DNA from: an uncultured delta proteobacterium
Lineage (GTDB): Bacteria > Desulfobacterota > Desulfuromonadia > Geobacterales > Pseudopelobacteraceae
Assembly: GCA_963772835.1 (NCBI GenBank)
Contig: CAVYYZ010000002.1
Coordinates: 32,001-96,000 of the forward strand
Length of the DNA stretch: 64,000 nucleotides
Direction: 5' to 3'
This document shows, in pieces, positions 21,325-31,097 of the stretch. The notes under the pieces are model-generated. The model was not told the DNA's origin. It saw only the letters and a program-made list of their open reading frames with translations, and did not search any database. Position numbers and translations under genes: made by a program. Position 1 is the stretch's first letter. Each line of letters opens with the position of its first letter.

Positions 21325-22400
21325 TGTCTGCCAAATTCCTACAACTTATCAGTCTTGCGGTGCTGATCGTCGCTATCCAGATAGTCACCCAGGTGACAGA
21401 CAGTTCCTATTATCTCACCCAGCTCACCATGACGGCGTATTATTCGCTTCTGGTGATCGGGCTCTGCATGCTTATAGGGTATGCCGGACAAATCTCACTC
21501 GGGCATGCCGGTTTCTTTGCTATTGGCGGCTACATGTCGGCGTTTCTCACAACATATGACCTTACTGCAATGAAGGGCACACCGTTTCTAACCGCTCTAT
21601 CCAAAATTGGTGTCCTTATCGTCAGAAAAAATTTGTATGGGGGAGAAATTCTTACCTTTCGTTCCTGGCCTGCCTGTTTACTCTCGGTATGTACGGTTCT
21701 GATAATTGCGTACGTAATCGGCGGTCCGGTTTTGAAACTGAAAGGTCATTATCTCGCCATGGCGACACTCGGCTTCGGAATCATTATCTACCGAATAGTT
21801 GTCGGCACCTCGGGTCTTGGTGCAGCTGACGGCATTTCCGGCGTCCCCGGTTTTCCGCTTTTTCCGGGAGTAGTGATCAGCGGCAAGGGTTCAGGGAGGA
21901 TTCTTAACTATTACATCGCCTGGGGGGTTGTAATTGCGGGAATGACGTTCCTGTTGAACCTGATCAGTTCGCGGGTTGGCCGCGCTCTTTCAGCAATCCA
22001 TGGCGCTGAGGATGCGGCCGAGGCCATGGGCATTCCGACAGCGAAGTACAAGCTCAAGGTCTTTGTGCTGAGCGCAGGATTTGCGGCAATTGCAGGCATC
22101 CTTCTCACGCACTACAACGGCAGTATCGGGCCGTCTGAGGCATCGGTCATGAAATCTGTCAGATATGTGGCAATTGTTGCCATCGGCGGCATGACGAGCC
22201 TCTGGGGTGCGGCTGTCATGAGTCTGGTACTCAATTATCTGTCACTCCGGGGGTCATTCGGCTCATATGACGACGCGGTATTCGGTATCATTCTGGTCCT
22301 GATCATGCTGTTCGCACCTGAAGGATTGATCAGAAGGCAGTTTTTAGGTGATCTGAAATCCTTCTTCAAACGCCTGGACAGCAAGGAAGTGGCGTCATGA
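21324..22400 (+). CDS. Liv-type ABC permease (LivM-like)
   Basis: GYAGQISLGHAGF, LKGHYLAMATLGF, FAPEGL. Confidence 0.92.
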   Translation: MSAKFLQLISLAVLIVAIQIVTQVTDSSYYLTQLTMTAYYSLLVIGLCMLIGYAGQISLGHAGFFAIGGYMSAFLTTYDLTAMKGTPFLTALSKIGVLIVRKNLYGGEILTFRSWPACLLSVCTVLIIAYVIGGPVLKLKGHYLAMATLGFGIIIYRIVVGTSGLGAADGISGVPGFPLFPGVVISGKGSGRILNYYIAWGVVIAGMTFLLNLISSRVGRALSAIHGAEDAAEAMGIPTAKYKLKVFVLSAGFAAIAGILLTHYNGSIGPSEASVMKSVRYVAIVAIGGMTSLWGAAVMSLVLNYLSLRGSFGSYDDAVFGIILVLIMLFAPEGLIRRQFLGDLKSFFKRLDSKEVAS

Positions 22401-23170
22401 CGGCACTCCTTTCTATTGAGAACCTGTCCAAGCGCTTCGGCGGACTGCAGGCGGTGAATGAAGTCTCGTTTTCTGTGACTGCCGGTTCGATCAAGGCGCT
22501 CATCGGCCCTAACGGGGCCGGCAAGACAACGCTCTTCAATCTGATTTCCGGCGTTATTGCTCCTGACTCGGGCATTATCACCTTTTGCGGGAACCAGGTT
22601 CAGGGCTTACGTCCCCATCAGGTTGCATCCAGTGGCATGGCCAGAACATTTCAGCATATTCGCCTTTTCCCGAAGATGTCGGTTCTTGAAAACATCATGA
22701 TCGGCAGGCATATCCACAGCAGGGCGGGGTTTATTGCCGGCATGTTGAGTATGCCGTACACCTGGAGAGAAGAAAAACAGATCCGGGAAAAAGCCCGCGA
22801 AATCATGGCGTTCCTGGAGCTGGAAAATTTAGCGGACATCGAAGCCACCTCCCTTTCGTACGGCCAGCAGAGGAACGTCGAACTCGGGAGGGCACTTGCC
22901 TGCGAGCCGAAACTGCTGCTGCTGGACGAACCTGCCGCCGGTCTTAATATGAGTGAGACAGCCGAACTGGGATCGTTGATCTCGAGAATTCGTGACACCG
23001 GAATAACGGTGCTCATCGTAGAACATGACATGACACTGGTCATGGAAATATCGGATGAAATACTGGTTCTCAGTTACGGCAAAAAAATTGCTGATGACAA
23101 ACCGCTTGCTGTGCAGTCAAACAGTGAGGTTATTAATGTCTATCTGGGAGAGGACGAGGACGATGCTTAA
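22397..23170 (+). CDS. Liv-type ABC ATPase (LivG-like)
   Basis: GPNGAGKTT, RTFQ, LLLDEPAAG, VEHDM. Confidence 0.94.
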   Translation: MTALLSIENLSKRFGGLQAVNEVSFSVTAGSIKALIGPNGAGKTTLFNLISGVIAPDSGIITFCGNQVQGLRPHQVASSGMARTFQHIRLFPKMSVLENIMIGRHIHSRAGFIAGMLSMPYTWREEKQIREKAREIMAFLELENLADIEATSLSYGQQRNVELGRALACEPKLLLLDEPAAGLNMSETAELGSLISRIRDTGITVLIVEHDMTLVMEISDEILVLSYGKKIADDKPLAVQSNSEVINVYLGEDEDDA

Positions 23171-23891
23171 GATTGTAAACCTCGTATCGGGATACGATAA
23201 TCTCAAGGTGATTCAGAATGTGACGATTCAGGTAAATCCTGGCGAGATCGTTTCGATTATCGGTGCCAACGGTGCCGGCAAAACGACCCTATTGAAAACA
23301 ATCACCGGCGTGCTGAAGCCCATTTCCGGGGGAATATTTTTCGACGGTCAGGACATCACCCGGACGAGTACTGAAAAGATTGTGCACCTCGGCTGTTCCC
23401 TGGTACCTGAAGGGAGACAGGTGTTTGCTCCGATGACCGTGAGGGAGAACCTTATCCTCGGTGGATATGTTCAGTATAAAAGAAAGATGGGCTGTCAGGT
23501 CCTGCCGTACCTGGATCGTATCTATAAACTCTTTCCACGCCTGCTGGAACGCGAAACCCAGTTTGCCGGTTCCCTTTCAGGAGGGGAGCAGCAGATGCTT
23601 GCCATCGGCCGGGCAATGATGGCGCGCCCCAAGCTTGTGATGATGGATGAACCTTCGATGGGGCTTGCCCCGCTGGTAATCAAGGAAATTTTTTCTATTG
23701 TCCGCATGCTCCGTGACGAAGGCGCGACAATTCTGCTTGTTGAGCAGAATGCCAAGGCGGCGCTCAGACTGGCTGACCGCGGGTATGTTCTTGAGACCGG
23801 AAAGGTAATTATGGAAGGGTCGGCAAAAGAACTGTTGGAAAATGATGACGTTAAATGTGCCTATCTGGGGAAAGTCAAAAAAGAGCTGTAG
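23163..23891 (+). CDS. Liv-type ABC ATPase (LivF-like)
   Basis: GANGAGKTT, VPEGR, LSGGEQQM, DEPSMGL, VEQN. Confidence 0.94.
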   Translation: MLKIVNLVSGYDNLKVIQNVTIQVNPGEIVSIIGANGAGKTTLLKTITGVLKPISGGIFFDGQDITRTSTEKIVHLGCSLVPEGRQVFAPMTVRENLILGGYVQYKRKMGCQVLPYLDRIYKLFPRLLERETQFAGSLSGGEQQMLAIGRAMMARPKLVMMDEPSMGLAPLVIKEIFSIVRMLRDEGATILLVEQNAKAALRLADRGYVLETGKVIMEGSAKELLENDDVKCAYLGKVKKEL

Positions 23892-23929
23892 AGAATGCCT
23901 CCGGCAGCTTACGCTGCCGGAGGCATTCT
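23892..23929. terminator. 17-bp perfect hairpin between convergent operons
   Basis: AGAATGCCTCCGGCAGC-TTAC-GCTGCCGGAGGCATTCT directly after the ATPase stop. Confidence 0.75.
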
Positions 23930-23990
23930 GTTTCCCAAACACCGACGGCACAGATCGCCTCCGATGTCGCACAACAAACCCCTTCCAGGT

Positions 23991-26315
23991 TCATCCTCCA
24001 CCAAGAAGCGGGAACACAGCAAGTTCATCCCCGTTTTTAATTGTGCTGTCTTTTTCGTTAGACAGGATCATTTCTCCATTCACCGAGACGACCAGAGACT
24101 TGTCTTCAAGCTGACTGCCGGAATGGCAGAGTCTTACGCACAACGCCTCCCTGAGCTCTGCAACGCTCGACACCTGCTGATCAACAATTACCGCTCCTTC
24201 CGGGGCCCCGGCAAACCCGTGCGGCATCATGACCGTGACAGCAAAACCGGTAACAACGTCTGCCAGTTTTTTATGCCAGGCAAGCGCAGGAACACCGGCA
24301 CTGTTGAGACCGGATATGTCATAAAACCGGGCTTTAAGTGCTTCGAATTCAGCCCGGTCGATTTTTTCGCCCTTGAAGGGGCCGACCGTGATCTCCTCTT
24401 CAAACCAGCGCTCCGGCAGGGTATCATCCAATTCGGTAAGGCCGAGACGCCCGTTGATAAGCCGCTCTATCCCGTTGATGTTACGACCGATAGTATCCAT
24501 CATTTCCGGAGTAAACTCTTCTCCTGTCAATTCAGTCAGTTGACTGGCAAAATCCTCATAACCGGCCGTAGAGGCTGAATTGAAAAGTTTTGTCGAGAAA
24601 CGGCACATGCCGACGGCATCACCGACGGCGTACATATTTTCGCACGCCCGGACGGCATATTCTTTGCCGGCGTAGCTGTTCGGCGCAGGCGCAACTACCC
24701 CGCCGTACAGTTCGGCCTTCAATTGAGGATTATCGTTAATTCTGGCGTTGATCTCCAGCGTGGGACGGTTGCGGAGGTGGTCCATGCCACGGGTCGCAAC
24801 GGCGAGTCCAAGAGCAAAACCCTTGAGGATCCTGGAATCGTGGGGGTCGGACTGGAACAGACCTTTGACGGCCATCCGGTATTTCAGTGCCTCTTTCGGG
24901 TATTTGCCGCGCTCCACGGCCCGGCTGGAGTCGGCGATGACGTCACCGAAGCCCTCTCTTCGCGCGGTCATGAACAGCAGCTTTTCAATAACCGGGTAGT
25001 TTCCCCATGTCAGATCAAGTCCACCGGTCTCTTTCCCTGTGATAATCCCGCGCTGATAGAGTTCCATAGCCCAGGAGACAGCGCTTCCCGTACTGGCCGA
25101 ATCGAGCCCGAGATCGTTGAGAATGTTATTCAGCCTCAAGACCTGTTCAGGCTCGCTGAGGCCGATCATGGGGCCCATTTTCTGAAGAGTGACGTACTCA
25201 GGGCCGTCCCCCTTATCGAACCGGTCGTACACTCCGTCGTCGCGAACCCCTTTGTACGCTTTCTCCTTCTGATGCCCTATGTCGGCCTGACCGCGATCGT
25301 AGCTGGCGTTTCCGGCCAATCCCTTTAAAGCATCAGCTCCCCAGCCCCCCTTCCCTTCCGGGGTGAGATCGTTAAGCGGGCGGCACCGTACCGGACACTT
25401 CAGACAACCGTCCATTCCGGGACGATACGCATCAAAATTGTCGGCATCAAGAGAATCGCTCCAACTTGTTTCCTGATTGTTTTTAGCCCCCATCGCACAG
25501 AGAATCCGACTCGGTTTATAAAGAAAAGGGGTCCCCACCGTTTTAAGGGCATTTTTAATAACGCTGGTCGAAAGAATTTTTTTGGCGATCTCTCTGTTGT
25601 TTTCCTTAAACTTCACCGAGAGAGAAGGAGCGTCAGAGGAACCAAGAACCATGACCGCCTTGAGCTTGAGTGCCCCCATCTTTGCTCCGGCGCCTCCCCG
25701 GGCATAGATCGCCTTGACGCCGCCCATGATCCCGGAACAGAGGGCCAGATTTTCTCCGGCGCTGGTGATGCGGGCCATGGCCATATTCTTGCGCTCTGTA
25801 CATGAAAAATCTTTCTCGACCGCCTGAGTCAGGTCGTGGTTGTCCATCCCCCGGTATCCGGCGGCATCATGAAACAGAACTGTACTGTTCGAAATCTGAA
25901 GCAGGGTCAGCCCGGGGGATTGTCCGTAGAGCACGAGATGGTCGTACCCGTGCAGCTTAAGGTAGGTGGGAAACGAATCACCGCAGCTGCAGTCGAGAAT
26001 GGCGCGGCTTTCAGGCGAGATGCTGCTGACGTTGCCGCGGGTGGCGGTGGGAACACTTCCGGTGAGCGTTCCGCTGCCGAAAATCAGCGGGACACCCGGA
26101 TCCAGCGGTTCCAGACCGTCCGTCATGAGGTTGTACAGGAGGTACATGTTGGCACCGCGACCGGTGAGAAATGTATGGAGTACATTTATCGGAAGATAGC
26201 GGGAAAAATGCTCCCGCCTTTCCAGATCGACAAACAGCACCGCCCCCTGCGTCGGGTAGCGGGGGGTGTCGTACATACGCAGCGACAGCTGCTCAACCTT
26301 TTGTCTGATTTCCAT
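23991..26315 (-). CDS. Aldehyde:ferredoxin oxidoreductase family (tungstopterin) protein with C-terminal MoaD/ThiS-like domain
   Basis: ARGGAGAKMG.LKLKA, GCLKCPVRC, GPEY, GLDSAS, DAVGMC, DDTLPERW. C-terminus VSVNG...IKNGDELAVFPLLGGG. Confidence 0.88.
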   Translation of the reverse strand: MEIRQKVEQLSLRMYDTPRYPTQGAVLFVDLERREHFSRYLPINVLHTFLTGRGANMYLLYNLMTDGLEPLDPGVPLIFGSGTLTGSVPTATRGNVSSISPESRAILDCSCGDSFPTYLKLHGYDHLVLYGQSPGLTLLQISNSTVLFHDAAGYRGMDNHDLTQAVEKDFSCTERKNMAMARITSAGENLALCSGIMGGVKAIYARGGAGAKMGALKLKAVMVLGSSDAPSLSVKFKENNREIAKKILSTSVIKNALKTVGTPFLYKPSRILCAMGAKNNQETSWSDSLDADNFDAYRPGMDGCLKCPVRCRPLNDLTPEGKGGWGADALKGLAGNASYDRGQADIGHQKEKAYKGVRDDGVYDRFDKGDGPEYVTLQKMGPMIGLSEPEQVLRLNNILNDLGLDSASTGSAVSWAMELYQRGIITGKETGGLDLTWGNYPVIEKLLFMTARREGFGDVIADSSRAVERGKYPKEALKYRMAVKGLFQSDPHDSRILKGFALGLAVATRGMDHLRNRPTLEINARINDNPQLKAELYGGVVAPAPNSYAGKEYAVRACENMYAVGDAVGMCRFSTKLFNSASTAGYEDFASQLTELTGEEFTPEMMDTIGRNINGIERLINGRLGLTELDDTLPERWFEEEITVGPFKGEKIDRAEFEALKARFYDISGLNSAGVPALAWHKKLADVVTGFAVTVMMPHGFAGAPEGAVIVDQQVSSVAELREALCVRLCHSGSQLEDKSLVVSVNGEMILSNEKDSTIKNGDELAVFPLLGGG

Positions 26316-26366
26316 ACGCCGACCTTTCCGACTCGGGTTACCTGTTATCCGGCTTCCGGAAGAGAA

Positions 26367-27311
26367 TTATCTGGGTTCCAGGGCCTTGACGAGACCGCGG
26401 ATCATGTTGTTGTACGGGGTCGGCACTCCCGCCTGCAGGCCGTATTCGACGACCTTACCGTTGATGTAGTCTATTTCGGTCCGCCTTCCCGCTTCAATAT
26501 CCTGAAGCATGGATGGTTTGTGGTTGCCTGCACCTTTTATATAATTGATACAATAGGGGTAGAAATCATATCCAAGCGCAACTTCATTGGCCCTGGCCAC
26601 CGCAACCCCCTCCTTGATGAGGGCATCCACCAGATTGAAGAGGATCGGATCGAGAATGAGCTCCACCATCGTCCGCCCGGTCACGGCACAGAGCGGGTTC
26701 ATACTGGCATTCATAAGAGTCTTGCGCCAGACCATATTGATGATCTGGTCCGTATGATGAGTATCCAGACCGCATTCGGTGAGTACGTTGCAGATTCCGA
26801 TTGCAGCTTCTCTGGATAACGGATCAAGCTCCTGGAGGTAATGGGGCCGGTGATGAAAAGCGATCCTGAAGTGCCCGGGACCCAGAGGGACACAGCCGAA
26901 ATTAACCACCGCCCGCATGACGGATTTGGCTCCGAGGTGCTGCGCAAGAACAAGCTCCGTATCGATGCCGTTCTGCCAGCTGACAACGTAGCGTCCCTCG
27001 GCAACAAAATTTTCAAGCGTGGATGCTATCAACGGCAGCGCAGTGGCTTTAACGGTAAGAATTATAACGTCCGGCGGGTCGATCAGCAGGTCATCGACAT
27101 GTGTTGTTATCCTGGCCACCCTGGCCTGAAGGGTATCAGTACCCTCAATGATGATGCCCGGGTCAAGGGCCGGCTCTATGAGCGCGGGGATAACGTCACA
27201 CAGCGTGACTTCATACCCCCCTCTCGAAAGAAAAGCCGCGACGATGCCCCCCACCGGACCTGCTCCGATGACAGCGAATCTTTTGGGTTTATAGCTGCTT
27301 TCTTCCTTCAT
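26367..27311 (-). CDS. Ketopantoate reductase (PanE/ApbA) family oxidoreductase, copy 1
   Basis: GAGPVG, TVKA, QNG, W.K, SMLQD...GRRTEID.ING; AAGGAG RBS. Confidence 0.9.
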   Translation of the reverse strand: MKEESSYKPKRFAVIGAGPVGGIVAAFLSRGGYEVTLCDVIPALIEPALDPGIIIEGTDTLQARVARITTHVDDLLIDPPDVIILTVKATALPLIASTLENFVAEGRYVVSWQNGIDTELVLAQHLGAKSVMRAVVNFGCVPLGPGHFRIAFHHRPHYLQELDPLSREAAIGICNVLTECGLDTHHTDQIINMVWRKTLMNASMNPLCAVTGRTMVELILDPILFNLVDALIKEGVAVARANEVALGYDFYPYCINYIKGAGNHKPSMLQDIEAGRRTEIDYINGKVVEYGLQAGVPTPYNNMIRGLVKALEPR

Positions 27312-27334
27312 CGCACACTCCTTCATAAACCGGA

Positions 27335-27784
27335 CTATCTGACAGTATCGATGATTCCGAAATCCGTGGCATCAAGCAGCTTGATATCGTGCGCGAGCAG
27401 TATCTCAATAGCCCGGTCATTGTCGCTGAAGCGAAAAACCATCACGGCCCTGTCGGACGAACCACCGGTGCCGGCCAGAGCGTACATGTATTCGATATTC
27501 ACCTGTGATTCCTTGAACAGGTACAGTACCCTTGCCAGACTGCCGGGTATATCGTCAATTTCAACCGCCACGACATCATCGACGCGGGCAGGAAGCTGTT
27601 TTTCCATAATAACCCGGCGGGCCAGAGCCACGTCCGACACAAGAATCCGCAGTACGCCGAATTCCAGAGTGTCACAGATGGAGAGGGACCTCAGGTTTAT
27701 GCCGGCTGCGCCGAGCGCATTCGTCGCCTCATACAGTCGGCCGGGTGAATTTTCTAGAAAAACAGATAGTTGCTTCAGTTTCAT
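27335..27784 (-). CDS. Double ACT-domain protein, copy 1
   Basis: QLSVFLENSPGRL, GINLR, FGVLR, D.PGSL, NIEYMYA. Confidence 0.9.
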   Translation of the reverse strand: MKLKQLSVFLENSPGRLYEATNALGAAGINLRSLSICDTLEFGVLRILVSDVALARRVIMEKQLPARVDDVVAVEIDDIPGSLARVLYLFKESQVNIEYMYALAGTGGSSDRAVMVFRFSDNDRAIEILLAHDIKLLDATDFGIIDTVR

Positions 27785-27811
27785 GGCGATCTCCCTTGTG
27801 ATGAAAAACTC

Positions 27812-28753
27812 TTACGTTTCCAGTGCCTTCACCAGGCTGCGCAGGGTTGTGTTGAACGGAGTCGGCATGCCGACGCGGACACCATACTCAATAATCTTGC
27901 CGTTGATGAAGTCGATCTCGGTACGTCGTCCCGCTTCGATATCCTGGAGCATGGAGGGTTTGTGATGCCCCGCATTACGGATGTAGCTGATTGTCTCCGG
28001 ATAAAAGTCGGGACCGAGAATGAATTCGTTGGCACGTGCGACAGCAACGCCCTCCTTCAGGAGTAAGTCAACAAGATTGAAGAGAATCGGGTCGTTAATG
28101 ACGTCAAACATGGTCTTGCCGGTCACGGCGCAGATCGGATTCATGCTGGAATTATTGACAGCCTTGCTCCAGACCATGTTGCGGATCTGATCGGTATGGT
28201 GGGTATCGAGTCCGCACCCGGTAAATGCGCGGCAGATTCCGATCGCCGCATCCCGGGAGTCGGCATGAAGTTCCTGAAGATAGTGGGGGCGCTGATGAAA
28301 GGCCATATGTACGCGGCCCGGACCCAGCAGGGTGCATCCGTAGTTGACGACGGCACGCATGACTGACCGGGCGCCGAGCGTTGTTGAAAGTACGCGCTCC
28401 GTATCGATGCCGTTCTGCCAGCTGACAACATACCGCCCCTCACCGGCAAAACCTTCAAGAGCGGAGGCGATCAACGGCAGAGCTGTGGCCTTAACAGTGA
28501 CGATAACGACGTCGGGTGGATTTGTGGAGAGATCATCAACACGGGTTGTTATGCGTGACACTTTGCCTTGAAACGTATCACTCCCCTCAACGATAATACC
28601 GGGGTTCATGGCAGGCTCGAGAAGGGACGGCACGACATCACAAAGAGTAACATCATACCCCCCTTTGGCAAGGAAAGCCGCCACGATACATCCGACCGGA
28701 CCGGCGCCGATGACCGCAAACCTGCGCGGCGTATAGCTGTTTTTCTTCGTCAT
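27812..28753 (-). CDS. Ketopantoate reductase family oxidoreductase, copy 2
   Basis: Same motifs as copy 1, with long identical stretches. Confidence 0.9.
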   Translation of the reverse strand: MTKKNSYTPRRFAVIGAGPVGCIVAAFLAKGGYDVTLCDVVPSLLEPAMNPGIIVEGSDTFQGKVSRITTRVDDLSTNPPDVVIVTVKATALPLIASALEGFAGEGRYVVSWQNGIDTERVLSTTLGARSVMRAVVNYGCTLLGPGRVHMAFHQRPHYLQELHADSRDAAIGICRAFTGCGLDTHHTDQIRNMVWSKAVNNSSMNPICAVTGKTMFDVINDPILFNLVDLLLKEGVAVARANEFILGPDFYPETISYIRNAGHHKPSMLQDIEAGRRTEIDFINGKIIEYGVRVGMPTPFNTTLRSLVKALET

Positions 28754-28805
28754 AAGGAACCCCTTCACATCATACTGCTGTCACGTGCCTCATGTACCGG
28801 AATAT

Positions 28806-29252
28806 CTACGACTGGGTTTCCAGAATGCCGAATGCGGCGGCATCAAGAAGCTGTACACCGTTTTTCTGCATAATCTCGATAGCCAGGTCATTATCGTTGA
28901 AACGGAACACCATCACGGCCTTTCCCTGGGTTGCACCAGCCACGGCATACATATATTCGACGTTCACCTTCGTTCCCAGAAACAGCCTGAGTATGCGGGA
29001 GAGGCTCCCGGGGCTGTCTTCAATCTCGGCGGCTATGACATCGTCAACCCGGGCCGGAAAGAATTTGTCCATGATGACCCCGCGGGCTTTCGCCAGGTCG
29101 GACACGAGAATGCGCAGGACGCCGAAATCGTGGGATGTGTCGGAGATGCAGTGGGCTCTCAGATTTATACCGGCATCTCCGAGTGCCTGCGTGACTTCAC
29201 AGAGGCGCCCCGGTGCATTTTCAAGAAAGATGGACAACTGTTTGAGCTTCAT
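28806..29252 (-). CDS. Double ACT-domain protein, copy 2
   Basis: QLSIFLENAPGRL, NVEYMYA; paralog of 27335-27784. Confidence 0.9.
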   Translation of the reverse strand: MKLKQLSIFLENAPGRLCEVTQALGDAGINLRAHCISDTSHDFGVLRILVSDLAKARGVIMDKFFPARVDDVIAAEIEDSPGSLSRILRLFLGTKVNVEYMYAVAGATQGKAVMVFRFNDNDLAIEIMQKNGVQLLDAAAFGILETQS

Positions 29253-29309
29253 GTGAACCTCCCCGAATAGCTATACCAAAAACCGGTTTATTTCGTTTAT
29301 TAGCGTAAA

Positions 29310-29340
29310 TTAGTACCACAATACCAATTTATCTGTCAAG
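29310..29340 (-). promoter_or_regulatory. Internal promoter/operator for the ACT-KPR-AOR genes
   Basis: Minus strand TTGACA-N18-TACTAA with TGn extension; 25/28 identical to the element upstream of bamA. Confidence 0.7.
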
Positions 29341-29357
29341 ATCAAACGGCACAACGA

Positions 29358-30338
29358 CTACCAGGGGTACAAACCCCGCACACGCGCATGCAGCCTCGCC
29401 AATCCGAGCATGGCATCGATATTCGGCGTGGATTCACCTGTCATCTGACCGATCTCGCGCACGGCACTTACCAGAACATCCAGCTCCACGTTCCTTCCGG
29501 CTTCGACATCCTGCAGCATCGATGTTTTGAATGCCCCCAACCGGCGCGTTAACGCGGTTCTTTCCTCACCGCTCTGGGCAATCGGGCAACCGATTCCGGC
29601 ACCGATCCGGGCAGCCTCCGCCATAATATCCAGACAGAATCGATATACCAGCGGATCATCAAGTATCTGCTCGCAGGTGGCGCCGGTAATCGCGGAAACC
29701 GGGTTCATGGTCATGTTCCCCCACAGCTTGAACCAGATGTCGGTCTGAATACTGCGGGAAACGTCTATATCAAGGGATGCATTCCCCAGCAGTTCCGCCA
29801 GCATCTGAACCCGCCCGGAATCAGACCCGTCAGGCTCTCCGATGATCAGGCGCTTGCCGAAACTGTGGCGGACGAAACCCGGCTCAGGCAATGAAAAGCT
29901 GCCGTGCACCACGCAACCCACTACATTGCGGGTCGGAATCGCCGCGGCAATCGAGCCGTCCGGGTCGACGGATACGAGACGCGTACCCGCATATCCGCCG
30001 CCGAATCCGTCAAAAAACCACCAGCCGATTCCGTTCATTGCCGTCATAACGATCGTATCCGGACCGATCAAAGGGGCGATCTTCTGCGCCACCTGTTTAA
30101 GAGCGGTCGCCTTTACCGCCAGTATGACCAGATCCTGTACACCAAGTTCAGCGGGGTCATCCGTTGCCCGGACCTTTTCCGTGACAAGTACGCCGTCACT
30201 CTGCAGCCGGAGGCCGTGCTCACGCAGCGCATCCAGGGTGGCTCCTCGCGCCACTGCATTAACTTCATACCCTGCTCGCGCAAGGTTTGCTCCGATAAAT
30301 CCGCCGACGGCACCAACGCCATAAATGCAAATTTTCAT
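29358..30338 (-). CDS. Ketopantoate reductase family oxidoreductase, copy 3 (divergent subfamily)
   Basis: GVGAVGG, AVKA, MNGIGWWFF, W.KLWGN, KTSMLQD..AGR..E. Confidence 0.9.
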   Translation of the reverse strand: MKICIYGVGAVGGFIGANLARAGYEVNAVARGATLDALREHGLRLQSDGVLVTEKVRATDDPAELGVQDLVILAVKATALKQVAQKIAPLIGPDTIVMTAMNGIGWWFFDGFGGGYAGTRLVSVDPDGSIAAAIPTRNVVGCVVHGSFSLPEPGFVRHSFGKRLIIGEPDGSDSGRVQMLAELLGNASLDIDVSRSIQTDIWFKLWGNMTMNPVSAITGATCEQILDDPLVYRFCLDIMAEAARIGAGIGCPIAQSGEERTALTRRLGAFKTSMLQDVEAGRNVELDVLVSAVREIGQMTGESTPNIDAMLGLARLHARVRGLYPW

Positions 30339-30510
30339 GATATGATCGCCCTTTTCGCTTCATTTCAGACAGTTCGAGCCGGTTCTACGTGCAATTTCCC
30401 AGAAAAAAACCGATACCGCCGGTGAGGGCGGCATCGGCACTGATTCCATTTGAAACTGAATAACCGGGTAAAGACGTCGCCGACCTTTCAAAGCGGGGGA
30501 CATCAGAGAA

Positions 30511-31083
30511 TCAGGCAGCAGCCCCGCCGCTGAGGGCCCGCAGATTGACATCAACGCCCTTCTCTTTCGAGACCGCTCTGACGACCCCTTCTACGACCTC
30601 CGCATTGATCGGCAGTTTTTTCATCACGGCTCCCACCATAACCATATTGACAGCCTTGGCATTGCCGGCCTCCTTTGCAACAGCAAGTGCATTGATGCCC
30701 CGTGCACCGGGACAGGCGAGTGCTATCTGTTCCTCCACATCGGCCGGATACGTAGCCAGACCGGTGGCCACGGTACTCGGGTTTATGGTGACCTTATTGT
30801 AGACCAGCATACCGCCCGGTTTGAGATAGTGGACGTACCTGAGGGCTTCAAGCGGTTCGAAGGAGATCAGGATATCTGCAGTTCCCGGAATAACCACGGG
30901 TGAGAAAACCTCCTTTCCTATCCGGACAAAGGAGATAACGCTCCCCCCCCGCTGGGCCATGCCGTGGACTTCATTCTGTTTTACATCCATCCCGCTGGCG
31001 AGAGCGCTTTCGGCGAGAACCTTGGAGGCGAGCAGCACCCCCTGTCCGCCAACGCCGGCTATAACAATATTAAATATGTCCAT
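30511..31083 (-). CDS. iorB: Indolepyruvate:ferredoxin oxidoreductase beta subunit
   Basis: GVGGQG, EVHGMAQRGGSV, FEPLEALR. Confidence 0.93.
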   Translation of the reverse strand: MDIFNIVIAGVGGQGVLLASKVLAESALASGMDVKQNEVHGMAQRGGSVISFVRIGKEVFSPVVIPGTADILISFEPLEALRYVHYLKPGGMLVYNKVTINPSTVATGLATYPADVEEQIALACPGARGINALAVAKEAGNAKAVNMVMVGAVMKKLPINAEVVEGVVRAVSKEKGVDVNLRALSGGAAA

Positions 31084-31097
31084 TATTTTCCTCCCCC

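Noticed and set aside
23991..26315. AOR-family gene as the catalytic BamB subunit
   Set aside because: No adjacent bamC-like ferredoxin gene, and it has a MoaD-like tail. bamBC would be expected upstream of bamD, outside the window.
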